Below are positions 27,662 through 37,277 of a DNA stretch of 64,000 bases, one piece after another. Under the pieces are notes generated by a model. That model was given only the letters and a program-made list of their open reading frames with translations. It searched no databases and was not told the origin of the DNA. Source of the DNA: Candidatus Aquilonibacter sp. (GTDB lineage Bacteria; Acidobacteriota; Terriglobia; Terriglobales; Acidobacteriaceae). Every line of letters begins with the position of its first letter. Within the stretch, counting starts at the first letter, position 1. The translations under genes and the position numbers were made by a program. Where the stretch lies: contig DATKPV010000015.1 in the NCBI GenBank assembly GCA_035523915.1, positions 35,475-99,474 of the forward strand. The letters are read 5' to 3'.

Positions 27662-28572
27662 GTCTGCTGGCCAATCCCGTTGTCTTGCGCGCCGGCCTCG
27701 TACTAATTCTGGCGGCGAGCGCGTACCTGTTTGCCGCCTGGGTGATCCGCCGTCTGCGCCGCACCATCGCGCAAGAATCCGACCTGGGAGCGGAAACTCC
27801 GGCTTCTCTCGATGCCCTGCCTCTGCATCTCTACAACACCGTCATCCAGCAACTCAAACAGCAAAAGCACGAATTGCAAGTACAAACCCAGACGGAGCAG
27901 CGCCGCGCCCGCACCACCGAGAACTTCAGCCAGGCGGTGCTAAGCAATCTTTCTTCCGGAGTTCTGGTGTTTGGCCTTAACGGATTGGTGAAGCACGCCA
28001 ACCCCGCTGCCAAAGAGATCCTTGGCTTTGCCTCGCCGTCGGGAATGAGTGTGGAAGAAGTCTTTCGCGGCGCCCTGGTGTGCCCACCGGATGCCTCGGT
28101 CGTCGGTTCCGAGCATCCCTCATCCTTGCCCGGCCAACTCGCCGAGGAGATTCGCTCTGTGTTGCGGGAAGAACGCAAGCGGCGTCAGATCGAAGGCGAC
28201 TATACCACGCCCGGAGGTAAACTACGGCGCGTCGCAGTGACAGTTTCTCCCGTCCCGGCAGTGGATGGCAGCCTGGCCGGCGCCGCATGTTTGATCACGG
28301 ATCTCAGCGAGCGCGAGACGCTGCGGCGTCAACAGGAGTTACATGGTGAAATCTCCGCAGAGATGGCGCTCGAGCTGCGCACTTCTCTGACGACGATTTC
28401 GGGATACGCCCAACAACTGGCCCGCAACCGTGATCCGGAGTTGGCGCAGCAGTTGGCTGCCGATATCGCCGGTGAAGCGGCCCGGCTGGATCGCCAGATC
28501 GGAGGATTTCTGGCAGAGAAACATACCACCGTTGCGGTGGGGTCGCGGGCCAACACAGTACGAATTTTGTAA
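27658..28572 (+). CDS. Membrane-anchored PAS plus DHp-like protein lacking phospho-acceptor His and ATPase domain
   Basis: TM helix, coiled coil, PAS-like region (LSSGVLVFGLNGLVKHANPAAKEILGF), then a HisKA-like helix EMALELRTSLTTISGYAQQL where the usual H-E-L-R-T-P His is Leu. No HATPase_c follows. GTG 27658 (or 27655) overlaps the pilD TGA. Confidence 0.55.
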   Translation: MSLLANPVVLRAGLVLILAASAYLFAAWVIRRLRRTIAQESDLGAETPASLDALPLHLYNTVIQQLKQQKHELQVQTQTEQRRARTTENFSQAVLSNLSSGVLVFGLNGLVKHANPAAKEILGFASPSGMSVEEVFRGALVCPPDASVVGSEHPSSLPGQLAEEIRSVLREERKRRQIEGDYTTPGGKLRRVAVTVSPVPAVDGSLAGAACLITDLSERETLRRQQELHGEISAEMALELRTSLTTISGYAQQLARNRDPELAQQLAADIAGEAARLDRQIGGFLAEKHTTVAVGSRANTVRIL

Positions 28573-28642
28573 GGACGAGATCCACGGCCAGATCTGCGTT
28601 ACGGTGCGAATCGGCCGAAACGACAAAAAGAAGGGTGGACCT

Positions 28643-29248
28643 ATGAAGCGCCTGACATACCTGGGGTTCGCAATCGCATTATCTGCCGTTCTGGGAGTTT
28701 CTGCCGCCACGGCGCAAACCCAACCGCAGCCCTCAACTCCGGATCAAACGGACCTGGGCGCGTATGCACGCAAGGTGCGCAAAGACACAGCCCCTGCCAA
28801 AGAGCGGCCCAAGGTCTACGACAACGACAACATTCCCAAGGATGACACGCTTTCGGTCGTCGGACCGCAGCCATCGGGGAATGCACCACAGGCCGGCGAC
28901 AATTCCGGCGCGGAAAAGAGCGCCGGTTCACCGGAAGAAGATCCAGCCAAGAAAGAGTCGGACTGGAAGGAATGGCAGAAGAAGATCGCGGCGCAGAAGG
29001 ACCAGATCGATCTGATGACCCGTGAACTGGATGTCTTGCAGGGCGAGTACAAGCTCCGGGCGGCTGCCATGTATGCCGATGCCGGCAATCGCCTGCGCAA
29101 CCAGGTCCAGTGGGACAAACAAGACGCAGACTACAAGCAGAAGATCGCCGATAAGCAGAAGGCCCTGGACGACGCCAAGAAGTCGCTTGAGGATTTGCAA
29201 GAGCAGGCGCGCAAAGCTGGAGTGCCTTCGGGGATGCGGGAACCGTAG
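28643..29248 (+). CDS. Secreted coiled-coil protein, unknown function
   Basis: Signal peptide MKRLTYLGFAIALSAVLGVSAATAQ, a disordered acidic segment, then a heptad-rich C-terminus (KKIAAQKDQIDLMTRELDVLQGEYKL..., KQKALDDAKKSLEDLQEQ). Confidence 0.5.
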   Translation: MKRLTYLGFAIALSAVLGVSAATAQTQPQPSTPDQTDLGAYARKVRKDTAPAKERPKVYDNDNIPKDDTLSVVGPQPSGNAPQAGDNSGAEKSAGSPEEDPAKKESDWKEWQKKIAAQKDQIDLMTRELDVLQGEYKLRAAAMYADAGNRLRNQVQWDKQDADYKQKIADKQKALDDAKKSLEDLQEQARKAGVPSGMREP

Positions 29249-29276
29249 CTCCAAGCGAGTGGTAGCAATGCACAGA

Positions 29277-29302
29277 GAGCCGGCCATTGGCCGGCTTTTT
29301 TA
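29277..29302 (+). terminator. Rho-independent terminator
   Basis: GAGCCGGCC-att-GGCCGGCTTTTTT, about 29 nt after the stop at 29248. Confidence 0.7.
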
Positions 29303-29449
29303 ACCTGTATCCCCAGCCGGCCGGCAGTTTTGCAGCAGAATTACTCCGCCGCAGGAATCCTTCCCGCCACTTCTCGCCTGAGATTGACGTTCGGGTAGAA
29401 TGTTGCGCGAGCGTTAAAACCATTCCAACCGACAGGCAGGAAGGTCGCC

Positions 29450-30124
29450 ATGAAGAAGCGGGACCGCACCGGGATTTACAGGATATTTGGCGGAAGTTCG
29501 CGAACCGCGTCTGCCGCGTTCGCCCTACTGATTCCAATACTACTCACGGGATGCAACTCGCAGCCGGCGAAGCCCGCAGAGTCAGCCAAGCCTGAACCAA
29601 AGGCTCCAGAGCTTCTCACCGGCCGCTCCGCCTTCTACAAAGCCTACATCGCGGCTCGCGGTTGGGCGGCGGATGCCAAGCCGTTCCGCATCGAGTCCAC
29701 GGCGACCAGCGAGGGTAATGGGCAGGATGGCAAGTGGGCGATCTGGCGGATCGAATTCGCCTCCGCTTCGCAACGTGCGGCCAAGCCCTATACCTGGTCG
29801 GGCAGCAATGCTTCCGACGCTCCATCGCGCGGAATCTCACCAGGCACGGAAGACAATTACAATCCCAGCAACGCTTCTACGCAGACCTTCGACGCCGCAT
29901 TCCTCAAGATCGATTCCGACGAGGCATTTGCCACGGCGCAGAAACACGGAGGCGACAAGTTGCTGCAGGAGGATCCCAAAACAATTGTCAATTATGTCTG
30001 CGACTGGAATCACAACACCAACCAGCTGGTATGGCATGTCAGCTACGGCGCTAACCGAGAAACGGCAAAGCTGACCGTGGCGGTTAATGCCTCGACCGGC
30101 GAGTTTATCCGAGCGGAGAAATAG
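29450..30124 (+). CDS. Lipoprotein with PepSY-like repeats, unknown function
   Basis: Lipobox LLTGC. C-terminal IDSDEAFATAQKHGGDKLL...LVWHVSYG...TVAVNASTGEFI resembles a PepSY-type fold. Confidence 0.55.
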   Translation: MKKRDRTGIYRIFGGSSRTASAAFALLIPILLTGCNSQPAKPAESAKPEPKAPELLTGRSAFYKAYIAARGWAADAKPFRIESTATSEGNGQDGKWAIWRIEFASASQRAAKPYTWSGSNASDAPSRGISPGTEDNYNPSNASTQTFDAAFLKIDSDEAFATAQKHGGDKLLQEDPKTIVNYVCDWNHNTNQLVWHVSYGANRETAKLTVAVNASTGEFIRAEK

Positions 30125-30185
30125 CCTGACATTCACGTTCGGACGAGTTTTCACGCCAAGAATGCCGGAAAAAGGAACTGTGGGA

Positions 30186-30434
30186 CTACTCTTTCGGCCC
30201 GGACTGCTTCAGCACATCTTCGATAGAGGAGAAAAAACGGCACAATGCCGCAGCAGAGGCGATAGCGCCCTTGAGGGTCTGCCGCTCTCCGAATGAAACG
30301 ATCTCCTGCAAGGAATATTGCAGACGGAGACGATCAGCAGCGCACTGCGCGCTTAACAATTCCACCTTGGCAGCCCGAAGATCGGAGATCAGCCGCGCGA
30401 TGCCCGCCTGCTTTCCGGGTTCATCGGTTAACAT
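30186..30434 (-). CDS. Hypothetical small helical protein
   Basis: An 82 aa ORF divergent from the TetR gene, with no recognisable motif. It may not be coding. Confidence 0.25.
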   Translation of the reverse strand: MLTDEPGKQAGIARLISDLRAAKVELLSAQCAADRLRLQYSLQEIVSFGERQTLKGAIASAAALCRFFSSIEDVLKQSGPKE

Positions 30435-30576
30435 CTGCGCTCCTTATTCTGACAGGAATCGCCAAAGGGGCGTGTCCCCGGAGCCACCGCATTTTGGGGG
30501 AAGGCTGCGGCGCAACTTGGGATGGCTCCGGCCGGACAACGCTTCATAGAATCAAGGTTGTACGCTCGGCAGCATA

Positions 30577-31302
30577 TTGTACATTGTTAGTTTGACATCG
30601 TTCAAGTTATTCGGGCCCCGTAGTCATCTTTGGGTTGTGGAGGCGCGGCTGGTGCCCAGACAAGCAGATCCTGAACTTGAACAGCGAATTCTCGATGCCG
30701 CCTGCCGCCTGTGGGGACGGGGCGGCGAAAAGGCCCTGACCATGAGGGCAGTCGCCAAGGCGGCCTGCACCACGACCCCAACAATCTATGAGCGCTATCG
30801 GGACCGGGAAGACATTCTTCGTGCCTTGCGCCTGAAAACGCGCGACGAACTTTTTTCCGCCATCCGGGGCTCGCACACTCTCCGCCACGCCTGTGAGCGC
30901 TATCTTCAATTCGCTCTGCGGCATCCCCATGCTTACGGCGTGCTCTTCGACGGCGTTGCCCGCCCGCCTTCGTTGCATGAGCCGTGGCCCTCGTTCAATT
31001 TTTTCCGGAACCGCCTGGCGGAACGACTGGGTGGCACGCCTCGCGAGTATACCCGGCTCATGCTTTCGCTGTGGTCGCTCATGCATGGCACGGCGCTTCT
31101 GATCATTGACGGCGACTTCACTGGGAGGCTGCGGACGCAAATGATCCATGCCTGTCTTGATGCCTTCGAGGCTCTCGTTCGCGAGAAAGGCTTGATTGGC
31201 CGGGTTCGCTCGGGCCCCGCGTGGCCTGCCGGTCTTGTCCTCGGAGAAGGATCCGACAGTAAGATTTTTTTGCGACGCCGCAAGCGGCAACGAGTGAATT
31301 GA
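30577..31302 (+). CDS. TetR/AcrR-family transcriptional regulator
   Basis: HTH region RILDAACRLWGRGGEKALTMRAVAKAACTTTPTIYERY. The real start may be the in-frame GTG at 30637. Confidence 0.75.
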   Translation: MYIVSLTSFKLFGPRSHLWVVEARLVPRQADPELEQRILDAACRLWGRGGEKALTMRAVAKAACTTTPTIYERYRDREDILRALRLKTRDELFSAIRGSHTLRHACERYLQFALRHPHAYGVLFDGVARPPSLHEPWPSFNFFRNRLAERLGGTPREYTRLMLSLWSLMHGTALLIIDGDFTGRLRTQMIHACLDAFEALVREKGLIGRVRSGPAWPAGLVLGEGSDSKIFLRRRKRQRVN

Positions 31303-31364
31303 GGGTATGTATCCGGCGAACATGGCCGGGGGGATGGCGAGTGAAGCCCTGAGAACATCCAGGA

Positions 31365-32153
31365 CTATTTTGCGTTCGCTTTTGCTCCTGCTTCGGCCAG
31401 CCGATCAAGTGCTTTGTGCGCTTCTCGCGCCTTTGGACCGTAAGGAAGAATTCTCAGGTAGCTTTCATACTCGGCTCGCGCATCATCCGGCAGTCGCAGT
31501 TTCTCCAGGCAGATGGCCAGACGAATGGTTGCGTCCGCATCATTGTTCTTGTACTCCAGAGCCTCACGATAACGATCCTCGGCAGCGCGGTAGTTCCCGC
31601 GCTTAAAGTAAAAATCTCCCACTTCCACATCCTTGGCCGCCTTATGCGGGTCCCAGACCCGAAACTCGCTCACTCCGGAAGTCTCGGCCTCCGCGCCGGA
31701 CACCGCGGCGGCGCTCTGCGGGTGCATTTTGGCATCATCGGCAGGCGGGCTCAGGTCCACTTCCGTAGACTTGCTGGAGCTCTGGCCAACGCTATTGCCC
31801 AGATCGTTTACCGAGACGCTATCTGATCGTGGGGGTGTGAGGTCAGGAGTTGTAGGCTTGGCCGCCGTCGTATTTTGCGGACGGTCTCCGGGAAATGTAG
31901 TGTCTCTGGAAAGCGAGTCGACCGGTGGATTATTTGCCAGGTCCGGGCTTCCGTTGGGCGGTGCCGTTTTCGAGGCTGGCGACCGGCTGGAACCAGAATT
32001 CGCCTGAGAACTGGAGGACGGCGAACTCGACTGCGGAGCCTTGGCTGATGCGGGAGTGGCGCCGCTTCCTTGTTGGCCCCACGCCGCGGCAGTCAGGGCT
32101 GTGGCGATTACCCACGTCGTCAAGGCAAAAATGCTGCGGCGCATAGCTCCCAT
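31365..32153 (-). CDS. Secreted TPR-repeat protein with Ser/Pro-rich linker
   Basis: Signal peptide (IFALTTWVIATALTAAAWGQQ), a long low-complexity S/P/A region, and C-terminal TPR (GDFYFKRGNYRAAEDRYREALEYKNNDADATIRLAICLEKL). Start moved to 32153 because the longer ORF runs into the ompA terminator. Confidence 0.6.
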   Translation of the reverse strand: MGAMRRSIFALTTWVIATALTAAAWGQQGSGATPASAKAPQSSSPSSSSQANSGSSRSPASKTAPPNGSPDLANNPPVDSLSRDTTFPGDRPQNTTAAKPTTPDLTPPRSDSVSVNDLGNSVGQSSSKSTEVDLSPPADDAKMHPQSAAAVSGAEAETSGVSEFRVWDPHKAAKDVEVGDFYFKRGNYRAAEDRYREALEYKNNDADATIRLAICLEKLRLPDDARAEYESYLRILPYGPKAREAHKALDRLAEAGAKANAK

Positions 32154-32190
32154 TTTACTACCGGCACTCTGTAGCCGTTCACAATACGCC

Positions 32191-32235
32191 AAAGAAAAAA
32201 ACAGGCCGCTCATGGGGGAGGTGCTGAGCGGCCTG
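32191..32235 (-). terminator. Rho-independent terminator of the OmpA-family gene
   Basis: On the minus strand, the stem CAGGCCGCTCA...TGAGCGGCCTG (11 bp) is followed by a T-run (plus-strand AAAGAAAAAAA at 32191-32201). Confidence 0.6.
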
Positions 32236-32271
32236 GTTGGCGAAGTCCTCCGGGGAGGAGGAGAAAAATCG

Positions 32272-33009
32272 TTACATTGACGACGGGTTATTTTGTCCCG
32301 TGGCCGTCGGAGCTGCGGGCTGTGTTTCGCCTACCGTGTTGGTCATCAGGCGGACATCCACGCGGCGGTTATCGGCGCGGCCGGCGGCGGTCTTGTTGGA
32401 TTCCAGCGGCTTGTCCTTGCCCAGCCCGATCACGTAGATCTTGTGTGCGGGCACACTGAACTTCGAGGCCAGGTACTGAATCACAGAATTCGCCCGGCGC
32501 TGACTCAGGTCGTAGTTGTAGTCCTCCGAACCAACCGAATCCGTTCCACCTTCCAAGGTGATGATGTAGCCCTTTGTGCTTGCGATGCTGCCGGCCAGCT
32601 GGTCGAGGGCCTGTTTTGCTTTGGACGTCAGGTAATCTTTATCGAAACCGAACTTCACGGAAGTTTCAGCCACCGCGTGATAGTTATCCAGATTCGCGAC
32701 GGTGTTGGTCAGGATACCTACGCGTGTATTGGCCGCGTCGGCCACTGTCTGTGCCGAAGCTGCTGTCTGCCCGGCAGACTGCGCTTTTTCGTCCGCCTCG
32801 GCGGTCTTGGAATTGACCGCGGCGATCCCAGCCTGGGCGCGCGCGTCGACGTCTTTGATCTCACGGCTGTTCTTGGCCGTCAGGTCATCCAGTTCGTTGG
32901 TCTTGTTGATCAGCGGCGTGGTTTGCTGCTTTACATAATTCTTGGTGGTGCAGCCCACGGTCGCGGCCATGCTCGCTGCCAGAAGAATTGTTAACGAAGT
33001 GCGGGTCAT
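32272..33009 (-). CDS. OmpA-family peptidoglycan-binding lipoprotein
   Basis: Lipobox AATVGC, a coiled-coil middle, and an OmpA C-like domain (LEGGTDSVGSEDYNYDLSQRRANSVIQYL...NRRVDVRL). Confidence 0.85.
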   Translation of the reverse strand: MTRTSLTILLAASMAATVGCTTKNYVKQQTTPLINKTNELDDLTAKNSREIKDVDARAQAGIAAVNSKTAEADEKAQSAGQTAASAQTVADAANTRVGILTNTVANLDNYHAVAETSVKFGFDKDYLTSKAKQALDQLAGSIASTKGYIITLEGGTDSVGSEDYNYDLSQRRANSVIQYLASKFSVPAHKIYVIGLGKDKPLESNKTAAGRADNRRVDVRLMTNTVGETQPAAPTATGQNNPSSM

Positions 33010-33358
33010 AGGGTTGAGGCTCCTTCTCCGAATCTTTTGTTCGCGCTGCCAGCGCGATCGGTTTGCGATCTAAGGCCTGGGAGTCCTAATGCTTACTGCT
33101 CGCCCTCCACTTGTGCACGGGACATGCCAGTTTCCCGTAAGGGAAACACCCGAACTAAGTATATACGTTTTCAACGGCTTGCGACAGTAAACTGACAAAC
33201 CACGGTAAGCCGTCGCTGCCTTGCGACAGCGCAAAGCCAACATGGGGAATGGAAATTTTATATGGTCCAAGGCACCACCGCTGCGGGCCGCGCCCTTCAC
33301 GCCTTGTAGCGTCATGTGAATCTTCTCCATCGAATAAAATGAGACACACAGCCCTGCC

Positions 33359-35326
33359 ATGGACCTTCAGGAAAAAATCCGCACCATCCCTGCCGAACCC
33401 GGCGTGTACCTGTACAAGAACGCCGAAGGGGAGGTGATTTACGTAGGCAAGGCGAAGAACCTGCGCAGCCGCGTCGCCAGCTACTTTCATGAGGGCCGAT
33501 GGGAGGACGCCAAGACGGGCACGCTGGTCCGCGAGGCAACCGATGTGGATTACATCGTGGTCGCCAACAACAAGGAGGCACTCGCGCTGGAGAATAATCT
33601 CATCAAACAGCGCAAGCCCCGCTTCAACATTTTGCTGCGCGACGATAAGACTTATCCTTACGTGAAATTGACACTCTCCGAGCGCTGGCCCCGTGTGTAT
33701 GTTACCCGCCGGCTGCGGAAAGACGGCAGCGCCTACTACGGGCCTTATTTTCCGGCGAATCTTGCCTACCGTATTGTCGATCTCATTCATCGCAATTTTT
33801 TGATTCCGTCATGCAAAGTTGACCTGACGCGTTTTCATCCGCGTCCTTGTTTGCAGTACTACATCAAGCGCTGCCTTGGGCCGTGCGTGAAAGACTTAAC
33901 CACGCCAGAGATTTACCAGGAGGCAGTGCGCGACGTAAAACTATTCCTCGAAGGCCGCCCAACGGACTTGAGTAAGTCGTTGCGCGGGCGCATGGAGCAG
34001 GCAGCCGAAGCGCAGGAATACGAACGCGCGGCCCGTTACCGTGACTTGATTTCTACGGTCGAGCAGTTGCAGGAGCGCCAGCGCATTGCCGCCGCCGAAG
34101 GAGACGACGCGGACGTGTTCGGCTATCACTATGAAAACGGAATGCTGGCGGTGAATTTGTTTCACATGCGCGGCGGCCGTGTAGTGGACCGGCGCGAGTT
34201 CTTCTGGGAAGATCTGCCGGAGTTTGCGCTGCCCGAACCTGCGCACTCCGATCGACCCGCCAACGTTCGTCCTGAGCCAAGCGAAGGATCTGTGCATCGC
34301 CCCGGGAGCATTGCCGACGGCGACGACTCCATAGGTCCTTCTGCTCGCGAAGAACGCGAGCCTCAGAACGACAAGGCGAGTTTTCATCCCGGCGAATTCT
34401 TCTCCGCCCTCCTCAAGCAGCTTTACATCGGCCAGCCCTATGTGCCGCGCAATCTCTGCGTGCCGGTTGATTTCGAAGACCGGGAAGCTCTCGAGGACCT
34501 GCTATCCGAGCAGCACGGCGGTGAAAGCCGCGCTCGCGTCCACATTCTCGTTCCCCAGCGCGGCGACAAGCGCGCCCTCATCGATCTTGCCGGGACGAAC
34601 GCAAAGCAGTCGTACGATCAGCGCTTCCGCGTGCTTAAGCCGAATACCCGGAAGATTCAGGAAGAACTGCAGGAAGCGCTTGGCTTGCCCGAACTTCCCA
34701 AACGTATCGAATGCTTCGACATCTCGCATATTCAAGGTGCGGAAACCGTTGCTTCCATGGTGGTCTGGGAAGAAGGCAAGATGAAGACATCGGACTACCG
34801 CAAATTCCTCATCCGCACCGTCGTTGGCGTCGACGACTTCGCCTCGATGCGCGAGGTGGTGGCGCGGCGTTACAAGCGCGTGCAGCAGGAAAAAAAGAAA
34901 ATGCCCAGCCTGATCCTGATTGATGGCGGTTTGGGCCAACTTCATGCCGCCGCCGAGGCCCTGGAGTCGCTGGAGATCATCAATCAGCCGTTGGCCGCGA
35001 TTGCCAAGCGCGAAGAAATTCTCTACGTCTACGGCCAGGAGAAAGATCCGATTGCGCTGGATCATCATTCCCCTGTGCTGCACCTCATTCAGCAGATTCG
35101 CGACGAAGCCCATCGCTTCGCAGTGACTTTCCACCGCAAGCGGCGACAGATGCGCGACCGGTCAACGGAACTGCTCGAAATCCCCGGGGTCGGAGAGAGC
35201 ACAACCCGGCGATTGCTGGAGCATTTCGGAAGCCTGCAAGCCATCAGGCAAGCGGATGCCGCGGCCTTGTCGGCAGTTGTGACGCGGCCGCAGGCCGAAG
35301 CGATTCATCACCACTTTCGGAAGTAG
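33359..35326 (+). CDS. uvrC: Excinuclease ABC subunit C
   Basis: GIY-YIG (PGVYLYKNAEGEVIYVGKAKNLRSRV), a UVR domain (EYERAARYRDLI), an endonuclease V-like domain and a C-terminal (HhH)2. It contains a roughly 60 aa acidic/low-complexity insertion. Confidence 0.9.
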   Translation: MDLQEKIRTIPAEPGVYLYKNAEGEVIYVGKAKNLRSRVASYFHEGRWEDAKTGTLVREATDVDYIVVANNKEALALENNLIKQRKPRFNILLRDDKTYPYVKLTLSERWPRVYVTRRLRKDGSAYYGPYFPANLAYRIVDLIHRNFLIPSCKVDLTRFHPRPCLQYYIKRCLGPCVKDLTTPEIYQEAVRDVKLFLEGRPTDLSKSLRGRMEQAAEAQEYERAARYRDLISTVEQLQERQRIAAAEGDDADVFGYHYENGMLAVNLFHMRGGRVVDRREFFWEDLPEFALPEPAHSDRPANVRPEPSEGSVHRPGSIADGDDSIGPSAREEREPQNDKASFHPGEFFSALLKQLYIGQPYVPRNLCVPVDFEDREALEDLLSEQHGGESRARVHILVPQRGDKRALIDLAGTNAKQSYDQRFRVLKPNTRKIQEELQEALGLPELPKRIECFDISHIQGAETVASMVVWEEGKMKTSDYRKFLIRTVVGVDDFASMREVVARRYKRVQQEKKKMPSLILIDGGLGQLHAAAEALESLEIINQPLAAIAKREEILYVYGQEKDPIALDHHSPVLHLIQQIRDEAHRFAVTFHRKRRQMRDRSTELLEIPGVGESTTRRLLEHFGSLQAIRQADAAALSAVVTRPQAEAIHHHFRK

Positions 35327-35402
35327 ACCGGGCTCCCGGCGGATTTCGTTCCAGACGTCACGGCGGTATCGCGCTGAACTCCCTGCGCGCAGGGTTCGAG
35401 TG

Positions 35403-36185
35403 TCACCGCTTACCTTCCATTTCTTTCCGCAAACAGCTTTTGACGCTTTCGGGTAAGCGCGACGTGTGCAGAATGTCGCGCAACTGTGGGGATGAAATTC
35501 CACGGGCAAATTCCAGAGCTCGGGCCAGGGATGTGTGCCGGTTTCGCAGCAAGGCCACGCGAATCTCCCGGCGGAGCGACCATTTGGCATGATGGCACAC
35601 CGCGTCGACCAGCGCCGCCGCGGCATTCGGGCGCATTAGAGCCTTGACCACAGCCGCCTCGGTGAGTCGCGCATTTTCCAACGCAGTGTGCGAGACGCGC
35701 GATTCTTTATCGAGCAACAGGGCCGCAGCCACCATCTCTGAGGCGCGACGCGCCAGGGTAAGCCGTTCTCCCAGCGTGATGGAGGCGAGGCGCGCGACCA
35801 GCAATTCATCGGCTACCCGCTTCAAATCGGCGGCAGCGGCAGGCTGCAACGCGAACCGCATCAGATCGAAAGTGTAGAACTGGCGCAACAAGCGCAGCGC
35901 CATATGTCGTGGTACGTGTGGATGTGAGGCGAGGGCAAGACACACTTTTCGCGATTTCATCGCGGGGGCGTTTTGGCTGAATTGTTCTAAGGTGTGCGTC
36001 GTAAGATCGCGGCGCTCGAGCAAAGCCAGAACCTGCTCTTCGGTGAGCGACCGGACATCCGCCGCGGACTCTTGATCCGGCGCGGCCTGCGCCCCGGCGC
36101 CAGGGGCAACCTCTTGCAGAAACAAATCCGGTTGCGTTCCTGAGCCCGCAGCCCTCTCCTTGAGTCGGATGTGGTTCGAAGCCAT
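35403..36185 (-). CDS. Helical-repeat hypothetical protein
   Basis: 260 aa, all-alpha, with repeated L/A/R-rich helices. No catalytic motif recognised. Confidence 0.5.
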   Translation of the reverse strand: MASNHIRLKERAAGSGTQPDLFLQEVAPGAGAQAAPDQESAADVRSLTEEQVLALLERRDLTTHTLEQFSQNAPAMKSRKVCLALASHPHVPRHMALRLLRQFYTFDLMRFALQPAAAADLKRVADELLVARLASITLGERLTLARRASEMVAAALLLDKESRVSHTALENARLTEAAVVKALMRPNAAAALVDAVCHHAKWSLRREIRVALLRNRHTSLARALEFARGISSPQLRDILHTSRLPESVKSCLRKEMEGKR

Positions 36186-36200
36186 GCTTGAAGTCCACCG

Positions 36201-37124
36201 CTACGTTGCGGCCCTACGAGCTATCTCGAGGGCGCCGTAAAATGGCTCAACGATCTGTGGATTAATCTCCGCGCGTGGGTCGAGGTTTCGAAGTTCATTG
36301 TAGAAGTCCGACTTTGCCCGGATCGAGTGACGAAAGACGCCTCCCACCATGGCTACCGGGACGTTCGTGACTGAATACGGGACAAACAGCCGGCGCGTCA
36401 CGATGGCAGCAAGACGCGCAAGTTCTTTACCCGCGCTCGATTGAAGCTCCAGCGCAAGCACGTCTTTGCTGGCGGCAACGGCAGGAAACAGCGCGGCGAA
36501 GTCAGGAGGGGGTATCGAGTTGGCGGCGCGGGCCAGGTCCGCAACCGAGCTTACCCCCCAGGGTCGGCACAGAGCGGCGACAAAGTCCTGCCGCAGAACA
36601 TCCTCAGCTGCTCCGCCTGTCATGTCGGTAGCGCGCAGAATTGCAGCCACGGCCAAGCGCCCGGTCCAGTGGGCTGAGCCTTCGTCGGAAATGGCGAAGC
36701 CCCATCCGCCGGCGCGTGCTGTCTTCCCGTTCTCATCACGTCCATAGGCAATCGATCCAGTGCCGGCAATCACGATCACACCTGGGCCCTGGCCGAAGGC
36801 GGCTTCGAGCGCTATTTCGGTGTCGGCGACAACTCTGATCTGACCGGGAACAATCTCCGCCAGGATTTTCCGGAGCAAGCTTGATGCCTCTGACCTTCCC
36901 GCACCAGCCGCGCCAATACAGGTGTTTTCCAATTCTTCCGTTGTAATTCCCGCGGCTGCGCACGCCTCCCGCACCGCCTGATGTAGCGATTCCCGTGCGC
37001 GGGTTTCTCCTACGCGAATGATGTTGCTTGGCCCTGCCACGACGGTCGCCAACAGCTTCGTGGCGTCTCCCACAGCACAGGTCGTTTTGCTCCCTCCGCC
37101 ATCGATTCCCAGGCAGTAAGACAC
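36201..37124 (-). CDS. BadF/BadG/BcrA/BcrD-type ATPase (N-acetylglucosamine kinase-like)
   Basis: YCLGIDGGGSKTTCAV phosphate-1 motif, VIVIAGTGSIAYG, and an ASKHA fold pattern. Confidence 0.75.
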   Translation of the reverse strand: MSYCLGIDGGGSKTTCAVGDATKLLATVVAGPSNIIRVGETRARESLHQAVREACAAAGITTEELENTCIGAAGAGRSEASSLLRKILAEIVPGQIRVVADTEIALEAAFGQGPGVIVIAGTGSIAYGRDENGKTARAGGWGFAISDEGSAHWTGRLAVAAILRATDMTGGAAEDVLRQDFVAALCRPWGVSSVADLARAANSIPPPDFAALFPAVAASKDVLALELQSSAGKELARLAAIVTRRLFVPYSVTNVPVAMVGGVFRHSIRAKSDFYNELRNLDPRAEINPQIVEPFYGALEIARRAAT

Positions 37125-37277
37125 CGGTTAGTTCTATCAGGTCTGAACATCGGCTTGCCAGTGATCAGCAGTTGCTTGCCGGCGTTCCTGCGGAAAAACT
37201 GATGGTTGGCAGTCTGAACGGCAGGTTCACAGAGTTTCACTCGCGGGAAAGCGATGCAACCGCCATAATGCTGACAC

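Noticed and set aside
30540-30600. Two TTGTAC copies and a perfect TTGACA near the TetR gene start, as a possible operator or promoter.
   Set aside because: No acceptable -10 lies at 16-18 nt from the TTGACA. The hexamers are too short to separate from chance, and the region may be coding if ATG 30577 is the real start.
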